This document shows positions 12,810 through 23,617 of a stretch of DNA of 64,000 nucleotides, one piece after another. Below the pieces are notes generated by a model. The model had not been told where the DNA came from. It searched no databases and saw only the letters and a program-made list of their open reading frames with translations. Position 1 is the stretch's first letter, and the number at the start of each line of letters is the position of its first letter. Location of the stretch: positions 434,001-498,000 of the forward strand of contig JAUPSS010000012.1 in the NCBI GenBank assembly GCA_040285825.1. The letters are read 5' to 3'. The translations under genes were made by a program, and so were the position numbers. The DNA is from Eukaryota sp. TZLM1-RC (lineage: Eukaryota; Protista; Metamonada: BaSk clade).

Positions 12810-13520
12810 AAAAACTAGAACTCAATATCCTCAATACACGCATCAACATCATCAAATCACTTAAGTGCGCAATTTCCATAATCTATTCCTAATTGTAACA
12901 GTGCTTTGGTTATCATTTCCGGAATTGCGTTAAGAATACTAAAAACAATTCCATTGTACCACAAATTAAAGTCCAATTTTTTTCTGCTCTTTCTTTTATT
13001 AAATATCTGAAACCTTCAAGAATTTTAATACCAGATATTCCAATGTTACCAAAAAGAGAAACAGAAAATGGAACCAGCTAGTACTTTACATGCCGAACAC
13101 AGCCAAGCTGAGTTAAAGGCTCCTTGTGCTTTTTGATTTTGTTCTTTTTTCAGCAAAGCACAGTGGAGTTTCAGCTATTTTAGCAAAATCAATTGCTGAT
13201 TCCTTACAAAGATCGACAACCACAACATCAACAACATTGATCACACCATCAGAGACAGGAGTAATTAAATCAGCATGGCGTTTGCCAAAAGTATTTGTAT
13301 CTTCACTTTCAGGTGACAACTTACGCACAAGTAATTTCAACAAAAGCTTCAATGTGGTGGCTTTGCACATAGCATGTAGTTGGTCCCTCACAGCATCGTG
13401 AACAATTGAGCGATATGTAATATTAAAATTGCAATTAAAACAATGATTCAGATTGATAATATGACCACAACGACAAATCAAATCATTTGGCACATTGAAT
13501 TCCCACAGAAAACACCCCAT
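12810..13520 (-). mobile_element. 3' relic of an RLE non-LTR retrotransposon
   Basis: CRCGHIINLNHCFNC, HDAVRD, RHADL..VVDV, then a decayed C-terminus ending FDDVDACIEDIEF*. Confidence 0.8.
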
Positions 13521-13924
13521 GCTTTATGTAGAAGTTGATTTTATTTTGAAAACCATCAATTTAGTTTAACTCTTTGTTCATTAGATGTTTATAGGTCTTG
13601 AATTGTATCAGAAAAATAACCATAATTGTAAATGTAACTCGATGGCAAAATTACTTAATTGCAGATTTACACAATGAATTTTACATTTTACTTCCTGTGA
13701 ACCAGAAATAAGAATCAAGTAATTGTGCACACAACCCAAAATAATTTTCATCAAATGTATAAGAATTGTCAAAATTCCAAAACAAAAAATTCCAAAAAAA
13801 TTCCAAAAGATAAGCTTTTATTGTATATTTTTGCTCCAATACTTTGTTTGTTTGGACGCTTGTTTGGAGGATATTGAATTTTAGATAGTTTTTTTTTTCT
13901 CAATAAATACTCCAGTTCAAAAAA

Positions 13925-14747
13925 AATACCTTATTCGTTGAGAGTTCTTGCGTATGTCTTAAATTGTTCATTTAAAGTAGAAGTGATCAGGCTTCTAATT
14001 TGTAAAGTTTCTAGACATATGATTGAAGCAGTTTGATTTCACAGATAGATTTCAGCTAGACGACATAACTAAAATACAACCATCAGGTAAAATCATTGAT
14101 GATTGGGCACAGTTCACCAAAGAACTTGTTAGCTATAGCTAAACCTGACCTTCCAGTTTCAGAAAGTATCACGTGACCAAATCATTGATGATTTGCGGCA
14201 GTTCATCAATGAACTTTATGATTGACTAACAAAAAAAAGATGGTGCAAATTTATTACTTTCAACTAACCACTGATTGATGATTGTTTATTTTAATTGGGC
14301 GAATAGCACCCTATGTTGATCTACTTGGAAATATATTTCTTGCAAACAGGTCACTATCGAATGAAAATCTAACCAATGTAATATTTGAAAGAAAGTAATT
14401 TTACAATCAAATATTATGATATTTGTCAATATGATTTAATGATTTTTCATTGAAGGGAAAAAGACCAAAATTACTCATTTATTTGGATTAAACCTTCGAA
14501 AATTAAAGATGATTCAGATTAATACTCAGGATTTATATAAGATTATTATCAGATTAATTGAAAAACAAAGATTAAAACAACAAAAAAAGAGATAAACAGA
14601 TGATATCCAAAAATGTTAACAGAAGAACAAAATTTCTTTCATCCTTTTTCATATTGAACAAGCCAGTTTTAAGAAAAATGGTTATAAATTCAATATTTCA
14701 ATATTTTAGTTTGTGTAGAGAGGGTCAGAGAGGATTGTTTTGGACTT
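13925..14747 (+). repeat. ~820-bp dispersed repeat, copy 1 (copy 2 at 49778-50610)
   Basis: Collinear high identity from AATACCTTATTCGTTGAGAG to GAGGATTGTTTTGGACTT; no intact ORF. Confidence 0.9.
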
Positions 14748-14925
14748 TAATTTAAATATAATACAGTAAAGAAAAATAATAATAATAATAATAAAAATAA
14801 TAAATAAGGACCTTGAAAAATATTTTCAAGATTATGACCTTGAAAGACTAAATCCCATGAACAAAGTACTGGTTGATCCAGGGAAAACGGATCTGCTATG
14901 CTTGTATGGAGAAAGTAAAAGTACC

Positions 14926-14970
14926 AAGGAAAGGGTAAAAGGAAAGGGTAAAAGGAAAGGGTAAAAGGAA
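14926..14970 (+). repeat. 13-bp tandem repeat (AAGGAAAGGGTAA) x3.5
   Basis: Read directly from the sequence. Confidence 0.9.
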
Positions 14971-15229
14971 GACAGAATTTGCTGTTAAAGAGCGATAAGG
15001 TCATTTACAGAAACAGAGATTTGCTACAATGTGATTGACTGGAATGGTCCCGTGTATATCCCGCCAAACACTGAAGAAGAAAACCCAAAAGAAATTTAAA
15101 AAAGAGTATATAGAATTGCCAATCGAACAATGCAGCCACAATTAAGTGAATATTCGTCAAAATCATCTGTTTATTTAATTAATTAAATATTATATTAATC
15201 ATTTATTTTATATGTGGAAAAGAAGCTAC

Positions 15230-15756
15230 AAGTATTACCAGAATCGTCAAGGTTTTGGTCTTTAAAAGTATGGTACATTCAAAAAATGCAAAGAATGGTC
15301 TAGACTAAAAAGATCGAATCTCGACTTGAGAGGTGTCACGAAGAATCAGCTACTGGTGTATGAGATATAAAAATATATAAAAAAAGAAAAAGGACAAGAA
15401 CTTGAAACATCAATGCAGAATACGAGGAATTAATTGGAGTCAATGTTTCAATCCTGTCTATTTATTTGGATAGTCAGTGTTATTTTTAGATGAAAAGCAA
15501 ACATTGCCGAAATGTCCAAATTGTAAAGAAAAAATGTCCACGTTGCTGAATAATAGAGAATCCAAGAAGGTGGAATAATGATGAAAATGAACGTTGGGGA
15601 TGATGTCAGTAGGAACATGGTCTAAGTGGTGTAGATGGAGAACCACGTGCTTGGAAAAGGTAGTTGATGAGGTAATAGAACGGAGAGAGAGCAGAGTACT
15701 TGGAAAAGGGAGCTGAACATGTAATGGAAGGGAAAGGGAGACCAGAGTATGTGTAG
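15230..15756 (+). pseudogene. Internally deleted Fanzor1-like remnant
   Basis: Motifs in the expected order: GVNVSIL (15436; cf. DGVSVS), VLFLDEKQTLPKCPNC (15477-15524; cf. DExxTSxxCxxC) and AEHVMEGKGRPEYV (15712-15753; cf. C-terminal RP motif). Confidence 0.6.
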
Positions 15757-17060
15757 AAGAGTAGAGGTAGCTATAACTTTAAGAAAAGTGAGGTTTTGGA
15801 TATTCATTTTCGCCTGCACTTGATTTGATACAATGTGTTACCTTTCTCCCCAAGATGCCATCAACTTTGTAAACAACCCACCCCCCAATTGTGACAAAGA
15901 GACCTACGCGGCAGTGAAGGCTGCTGTTGAGACTCTTCCATTTCAGTACCGTGAAGCTCACAGATTTGGGAAATAGCTCGTACCGCTTCCCACATGCCAT
16001 TTTATGAATAGTGTGCTTGTATTTCAATAAACGCCGTATCTTCTCGTTTTGTGACATTGTTAAGTAGTCAGTAACAACTATACTTTGCAAATAACACCCT
16101 AACATTGACCTTAATGAGCAGCATTACTTGGTGAACACTGCAATACAAACGTCATGTGGATTATGAGTTTCTTCCAATCATTCAGAGTATGTACTGTTTT
16201 GGACATTCAGCTTCTGTCATGAATTGTGGAGCTGAAGTATGCGTTGATACAATGGTGGACTCTGCAGATTGTTTATATCGTTGTTGGGGCTCCTGTCCTG
16301 CTACATGTTATGCTTTACCTGGTTAGCTCCTATCCTGCAATGTGAATATGACAACTTGCGACATAAAACTTCCTCCTCTGATGTTACTGAAACAATATAT
16401 TTTTGTTTAATTACAGAACAAATTAGCTATTGCTACAGAGCTTTTGAATGATTATAATTTATTGGACTTAAGAATTAAGTACTTGAGTTTAATGATGTTC
16501 AAGCAGTATAAGGATTCATCAAGAGTTGGCGTGGAGAATTTTGTTTCTTATGTGTTTTAGTTTGTTTTGTTTTGTTTCTTCGTAGAAACTAAAAATAATA
16601 TTAATACAATAAGAATTTATCAGAAAATATCTCTTTTAATCGTCAAATACACAACTAAAAATCCACATGCTCAAAACCGGCCTTACCTACATCACAGCAA
16701 TTAATTACTGCAGATTGACAAAATTTACCAAAAGAAGAAAGTGAATCAGAAATTAATTTCCCCGTTTGCTCATAAATTGAAAATGCAATCCTCTTTTGCC
16801 AGTAAACAGTCTCCCAGTCATTTCCTTTACAATTTCACTGAAATCCTCAAGGAAAGCCATAGCAGCCTGAAGAATCGAGCAAAGCAAAACCAAAGGGACA
16901 TAAATTATATTGGGCATGAGAATAGATTTCGTATTTACCAATTTTGTATTTTTCCTCAGCAAGAAGAGGGTTATTGACATTAGAATTAATTAAATGTTGA
17001 TTAACAAAAAGATAGCATTATTTTGCAGTATCCAATCCTTTATTTTGGATATCCTTGACA

Positions 17061-19028
17061 ATGCATATTGTCCTATTAACATCAATCCTTCTACTGCTTG
17101 GCTCAGTTACATCCGCGCTCAATCCCAATGAAGTAGAGTCTTTTCTTGATGGTATAGTACACGGTTACATGCGTGAACATCATGTTTCTGCTGCTACAGT
17201 ATCTGTTGTACATGACAAAGCAACCTTACTCTCCAAAGGATATGGAATGCAATCTCCAGATGTTCCCACTAACCATGATACTTCGCTATTCCGTCCTGGT
17301 TCTGTCTCCAAGCTTTTCGCGTGGACAGCCGTCATGCAACTCGTAGAACAGTCTAAACTAGACCTTGATGAAGACATTAACCAGTACCTCGACTTTGAAA
17401 TCCCATCGTCCATGATGCGAGCCTCTTCCGATAACACTGACCCTATCACCCTTCGCCATCTTCTTACCCATACTCCTGGGTTTGAAGACCAAATGGACGA
17501 ACTCTTTGCCTTCTCCGAACCCTTCATGACGCTTGAACAATATTGCAAAGAAATGCTCCCTGCTCGTCTCTATCCCCCTGGCCAAACCCTCTCCTATTCC
17601 AACTATGGAACTGCTCTTGCTGGTTACATTGTAGAGTTAACCGCAGGGATTCCGTTTGAGGAGTACGTTGACCAGTACATTTTCCAACCTCTCGGTATGA
17701 GTCACTCCACCTTTTTCCAACCACTTCCCTCTTCGTTGTCTTCTCATATGACCCAGGTCAATAAACTAGTCTCATCACAATGGGAATCTGCTCCTTTTGA
17801 AGTAGTTGTAGGTTCACCCGCTGGTGGTCTTTCTTCCTCTGCTTCTGATATGGCCAAGTTCCTCATTACTCACCTGGATGATGAGGAAACCATCCTCTCC
17901 ACCGCTTCAAAACAAACAATGCACTCTCACCAGTTCTCACACCATGAAGAGCTTAATGGCATGGCACTGGGATTCATGGAGACCAGTGTAGAGGGAAGAA
18001 GAGTGTTGAGGCATGGGGGGAATACTTTACTTTTCCATTCTGGATTTTATTTAATTGCAGAGTTGAATTTGGGATTTTTCATTTCTTTCAATGGTGGTAC
18101 CGGTTCTGAACATGAAAAAGTGTTTGTAGAGTTTGTAAAGCGGTTTTACCCAGCTGATGATGTGACTGGTGACGTGGCAAAATGTGATGATGACGTGGAC
18201 GAGTATTTGGGAGAATATGAAGGTTTAAGGAGTAGTTTTAGTCAATTTACTAAGCTTTTAGGCCTTTTTACCAGAATTAATGTTGGAAAAAGTTCTAATA
18301 ATTGCTTACAAATCCAAGGAAACGAATACATCCACCTGGAAGATGGTCTTTTTAAAGCGAGATATTCAAATATTTCTACGCCATTGGAGTTTATTGCTTT
18401 CTCCACTGCTCCTGATGAGAGAATGCTGTTAACCTCTGAAATGCCAATGGACTTTGTCAAGGTAAAGTTGTTTGAATCTTTAGGAATTTTGGCTCTATTC
18501 ATTCTGTTTGGAATTGTTATGTTGATTGGTAGTCCTGTTTGGTGGTTTTTGAGATTTTTGAGTCGTGAAAAGTCAAGTAAAGACCAAAAAGAAGTGGAAG
18601 TCAATCAAAGTCAACGTGATTACATTGCAATGCAAGATCTTGGCAGCAGGGGAAACTTTTTTGGCGATTATGCTTTGCAGGAGGTCAAAAAAGAGGTCAA
18701 TATTCCACAGTTCTTTGGATTTCTGTTTGTTTTGATTTTGGGAACTACTTTGTTTATGTTTATAGCAATTTTAATCTCATTAGTATTAGATGTTGATCCT
18801 ATTTTACAATTTCCAAAGTTTGCATTTGGTGAAATTTCAGTTAGTTTTAAAATATTAGTGATTCTACCCTTTGTTTTTGTTGGGACTTCACTAGTGATGT
18901 TGGTATTTGCTATTATTGTGGTTGTCAAGTCTCAATGGAAGGTTAAATCAAGAATTCATTTTGTAATTTCTTTATTGTCGGCCTTGGGGGTTTGTTGGTT
19001 TTTTGTATATAATCGTTTTCTTTGGTAG
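17061..19028 (+). CDS. Beta-lactamase-family (class C/AmpC-like) serine hydrolase with signal peptide and C-terminal TM helices
   Basis: FRPGSVSK (SxxK), LRHLLTHTPG, YSNYG, PAGGL and HGG motifs; about 4 C-terminal TM segments; intronless. Confidence 0.92.
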   Translation: MHIVLLTSILLLLGSVTSALNPNEVESFLDGIVHGYMREHHVSAATVSVVHDKATLLSKGYGMQSPDVPTNHDTSLFRPGSVSKLFAWTAVMQLVEQSKLDLDEDINQYLDFEIPSSMMRASSDNTDPITLRHLLTHTPGFEDQMDELFAFSEPFMTLEQYCKEMLPARLYPPGQTLSYSNYGTALAGYIVELTAGIPFEEYVDQYIFQPLGMSHSTFFQPLPSSLSSHMTQVNKLVSSQWESAPFEVVVGSPAGGLSSSASDMAKFLITHLDDEETILSTASKQTMHSHQFSHHEELNGMALGFMETSVEGRRVLRHGGNTLLFHSGFYLIAELNLGFFISFNGGTGSEHEKVFVEFVKRFYPADDVTGDVAKCDDDVDEYLGEYEGLRSSFSQFTKLLGLFTRINVGKSSNNCLQIQGNEYIHLEDGLFKARYSNISTPLEFIAFSTAPDERMLLTSEMPMDFVKVKLFESLGILALFILFGIVMLIGSPVWWFLRFLSREKSSKDQKEVEVNQSQRDYIAMQDLGSRGNFFGDYALQEVKKEVNIPQFFGFLFVLILGTTLFMFIAILISLVLDVDPILQFPKFAFGEISVSFKILVILPFVFVGTSLVMLVFAIIVVVKSQWKVKSRIHFVISLLSALGVCWFFVYNRFLW

Positions 19029-19598
19029 ATTGGATAAAGTTGTTTAGTTTAGTTGTTTTACATTTACATTTTGGTAATCAGTGTGTGCAAAGGGTGTTTG
19101 ATTCTCTACTAGAAGCAGGTGATAGAAGTAATTGATTATGTCTCTCACTGTAAGGGAATATAGAAAACACCTAGATAAAATAGTTAATAACACAATTTTT
19201 CACAATTTTTTCATATGTATTGGTACAAATTTAGGTCTTAAATAATCCAGCTCAGACCACTATTCAAGCTCATCACTACAGAAATCATTATTGAATTTGC
19301 CAATTGGTGAAAATAGTAAAATTGCAAAAAGTGCATCGGTCAAAACATAGAAAGTAGTTGTTGTATCGCAAAACAATTATTTTTTGGCTAAAAAGACAAA
19401 TGATTTTGTTTCTTGGAAAATTGGACTTTCACAAACATCGAGTTTCATCTAACAAACAAATGGATCAAATCTAAGAAGTTCATCTTAAATAGCTTCAAGT
19501 GATGAAATATATGGTCTAGGCTGAGCAGTATTGTCTTTGGTAAACACAGTTGTTTTTTTATAATAAAAAAATTATTTTCAACGCTAGCAAAACATTAA

Positions 19599-19647
19599 AA
19601 AAACTAGAACTCAATATCCTCAATACACGCATCAACATCATCAAATC
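19599..19647 (-). repeat. ~48-bp copy of the 3' end of the 12810 RLE relic
   Basis: AAAACTAGAACTCAATATCCTCAATACACGCATCAACATCATCAAATC, identical to 12811-12858. Confidence 0.75.
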
Positions 19648-22079
19648 TTTACTTCTATGAAGCAAGTGTTACATTGAAAATAAATTACTTTTCAGCTACA
19701 CTCAAATTAACCAATAACCTGTTGATTATATTAGTCATAATCAGGAGCGGTCTATTAAATCGATTCGCTCAAGTTAGATAACAGCGTATCAGAATATATA
19801 TATGAATATATATAGATTCCTGGCCTTTGCAAAAGCCATCATTAGTGATATACAACAGGAACGCAAAGTGGAATGCCTCAACTGATGGTCATTTATTAAT
19901 CGCTAATGTTGTTGCTTGTGTGGTAAATGTGTTTAGGTTCAAATAAATTGGATTTAATAAATGATTATTATTGTTAAAACAACTTTGTGGTTTAATACCT
20001 TGTTGGACTTTCCTTCTGATTTGCTTCCTGTCAAATTAGTTTATCAATAATGTGGCTAATTTGGTCTGAATAAATTTTCAACCATTAGACAATATAAGTC
20101 GTTAACAAGAACAATTTAAAACAATGTGGGATGTATTGTGAACCAAACGGCTTTTTCCTTGACTTGAACATCTACAGCAACAACTCTTTGTTAGGCTGGT
20201 GAAAGCACTTTTCTTCTTATCATTTGAAAGGATAAATCGAGTATCTATTTCGGTGCTTAAAGTCAACAATATGACAATAAACCAAATTTTCATGGAAATC
20301 ACAATCTCAGTATTACCCAGTGAAGGATTGAAGATATGGTTCAAAACTTCCTTCACCATCTTTTGAAAAGTTTCCCCTCTTTTTCATCAGTTTCTGTACT
20401 GCTACTTTTTCGTATCATCGTACTGTTTTTCTTAGAGAAAAGCTGCTTGATCCTTTTTACATGTTCGTTTTCCAAATAGTATGGCACTCCTGTGAATTGA
20501 TTTTTAATAGTGAATACATGTTGGGATTCGTTTGCTAGACCAAAATTTCTCCTAATGTTGTTGAATAAATAGAAAAATAGATATTCATTTTAATGATTCT
20601 ATTATATTGTTCTGTTTTACATCTTTTTTACATTTTTACATAGCACATATCATTTTTATCTCTTCAGCAGCTGCAAAAAGAAAAGAGACAACACTGTCTT
20701 ATATCAGCGACAGCTCTACCATAACAGAATATAGAAAACCCACGGAATTAAAGACATTGAGGCTTGAAGGCAATAGCATGGAAAACACAACTTGTACACA
20801 TGTTTCTTCATTAAGGTTCTCCTCCTCCAATCACACCCTGTTGTTTAGAATAATTTGAACTGCTTGTTAAAATTTGGGCAAATGGAAATGTTAACAGATT
20901 ATTTTGGCAGATGTTTTTGATACATTGTTTTCTCATGGGTCTCATAAGGAGGGAGCTGCATGTGGCTGTTTTGTTTTGGGAGAGATGGATTATTTACACG
21001 TAGATTCATAGATTGTCCAATCAATAATCTTTTTTAAAAAACTGGAAATTTCGAACTTTAAATGCCGTATATTGTTTAAGTACAATTCATAACCCCACCT
21101 GTTCTGCATATTTACATCACGTTTGAGATGAGTTATCGTTTTTTCTCTTACGCAATTACCTTAACGGACCACTTCAACTGGAGTGGCTGAGAAATGATTA
21201 TGAGATTGAGAATAGGTTTGTGGCACAAAAGGTCCGAATTTAATGTGATCAAGATAAAGTAATATACTGGTAAGATTTCTACAAGCGCTAATGTCAACAG
21301 AGGAGTTTATTGTCATACAATTAAATATTAACGATCATTTCTTCTTGTTGAAATGATAATCGACGGTGAAGTGTTCCTCAAATGTCCAGTTTTCGATTGT
21401 ATATCATATTCACAAAACCAAAAAAGCACACTTCTTAGAAGCAACAATGTTTTTGGTCACGAACATTACATTGTCAAAACAAAGATAAGTAATATAGAGC
21501 ATCAACATTCTAATTAATTGATGACATGAAAATCTAACCATCTATTCTTTGATTTCTTGTTACCTTTACCTGAATGTTTCCTTTGCGACTTCTTACACAA
21601 ACAATCAATGGTCTTCTTCTAGATAGATTTACATCCTCAACTTCCCTGCAATTTGGACGCCTGAGAACCACGAGAAACATTCATCTACATTCGTGACCAT
21701 GAAGCAGTGAGATGGACACCTACGTCCACACCCACCGTAGAATAGAGCTGGTGATCCATCCATTTCTACTCTAGGGGCTCTTTTCTGTTATTATTTGTTG
21801 GAGGTGTGTGAACGGTTATTAATATTAAGTTATTCTAAGTATTAGTATAAGCTTGTACTTACAACAATTCCTGTTGTCCTCTACCATTGTCCTCCCACTC
21901 ACATGGCACTTACATCGCATGCCAAAGCATCAACAATTAATGGGGAGCCTTTTTTTCCACACTATACCATTGATTCTAAACCGCTTCAGGTTTATCCAGA
22001 ACTTCTTCAAGATCTCTCTATGGTACGTTATTTATGATCTTGTCTTTACTTTTCACTGCGAGCTAAACGCTTAGATACT

Positions 22080-22690
22080 ATTATTACCCTTGTTAAATCT
22101 AATGTCGATTTGGATCTTCTAATTATCGTTGTTTGTCAATCTCAATCTTTTGTTACTACTGATTCTAATATTGTTTTAGAAACTGTTCTTTGTAATGATG
22201 GCTTTGAATTAAATAGCATTAATCAGACTAAGAATAATGCAAATTTTAGTTCATTTTTTTGTTAAAGTTTGTATTAAACTACAAGACTTTATAAATTAAA
22301 TCAGAACTCATAGGAGCAAAATCAATTAACCAAGATTTCCTTGATATAGTATAAAGATTCTTTTTGTGGGAACATGAATGGTAGATATTGATAATGTAGT
22401 TCTTGGTGGTTGTCATTCTAATTCTATTGCTGCTACTGATGCTACTATTGATTATCATTATTATTATGGCTGATTTCCATGGTAATGTTATTGATGGATG
22501 TGAAATATCAACCTCTTACTCCTGTTATTACTCTTGTTAAATCCATTGTTGAGTTTGATTACATAGTCGTTGTTAGTTGTTAATCTTCATCTTTTGCTAT
22601 TTTGATATTTCTATTGATTTAGTGACTGTGTTTGCTAATCATGGTCACTTTATACTAAACAAAATTAATTTGATTATGATTAATGCTGTG
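22080..22690 (+). pseudogene. Decayed internally repetitive protein gene
   Basis: Two diverged ~170-bp units about 445 bp apart (IITLVKSNVDLD... and VITLVKSIVEFD...) with stops. Confidence 0.3.
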
Positions 22691-23501
22691 TTTCTTCACT
22701 GCTATTTTCAATCAATTATGCTGAAAAATAATGATGATTTTGTTAGTTTTAATTGAGGATTCATTTATTAATTTGTTCAGTATTTGAGTTGTTGTCTTTT
22801 CTCATCCTTTTATTGAATCAGCAATTTATTTTTTTCATACTTCAGAATCTCTACCAAATATTGAGAGTAATTCTCTTTATTTCGAGTCTCTAATCCTAAA
22901 TACATAAACGACTGAGTAATCATCAATCATTCAGTTTTTAACTGTTTGAAGTTGATTACGGTTAAGAAAGATCTGAATACGTGTGTCTGTATAGTCTACA
23001 TGTTTTTGGATCTTTGTAGGTTTAATACTTACAACAATGATATGAATTAATTTGAGTGGATATTGATATACACATAGTTTTATTCACAAGGGAAAAGATT
23101 CATTTTGTAGTGATGTCTAAAGGTTTTTGGTTCATGTTGTGGTCACATCAGAAGAAAACTATGCCTGTAATATAGCAATCATCTTTGCATGACGTAATTG
23201 AATCTTTGGATTCTTTGAACTTGCTGCTGATCTCATATATTGTCAGTTTTTAACCAGTGGGTTTGTTGGCTATTGGTAAAACATTGGCAGTCTCTAGCAG
23301 GGTTCGATTTGTCTGATTCATGTATGTTTTTGTTTCTATTGGACTTTTTGTGCTTTGCCAGTTGGAGTTTTTCTCATTTTCCCCATTTTCTCTCCATGAA
23401 AACTACACCCATGATAATCATTGTTTTTTTGGGCATGCTCACAATACACAATAACCTAAATATGATTTTTTTTCAGGACTGCTCTCAATACCATACTTCA
23501 G

Positions 23502-23617
23502 TGATGATCTGGGATAAGTGTACCTAGATAAGTGTAAAGCAATTCATTACGAAGGCAAAAGGGAGTCTAAACTAATTTAAATACAAAGACTATTCGTAAA
23601 CCCAACCAATGCTAACA
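23502..23617 (-). repeat. Variant 3' LTR (116 bp)
   Basis: On the minus strand, a purine-rich tract ending CAG is followed by TGTTAGCATTGG...CCCAGATCATCA. Termini match LTR A; the interior is diverged. Confidence 0.75.

Noticed and set aside
14185-14275. Box C/D snoRNA (TGATGA...CTGA) in the dispersed repeat
   Set aside because: The motifs are short and frequent here, and no terminal stem or rRNA guide is identifiable.
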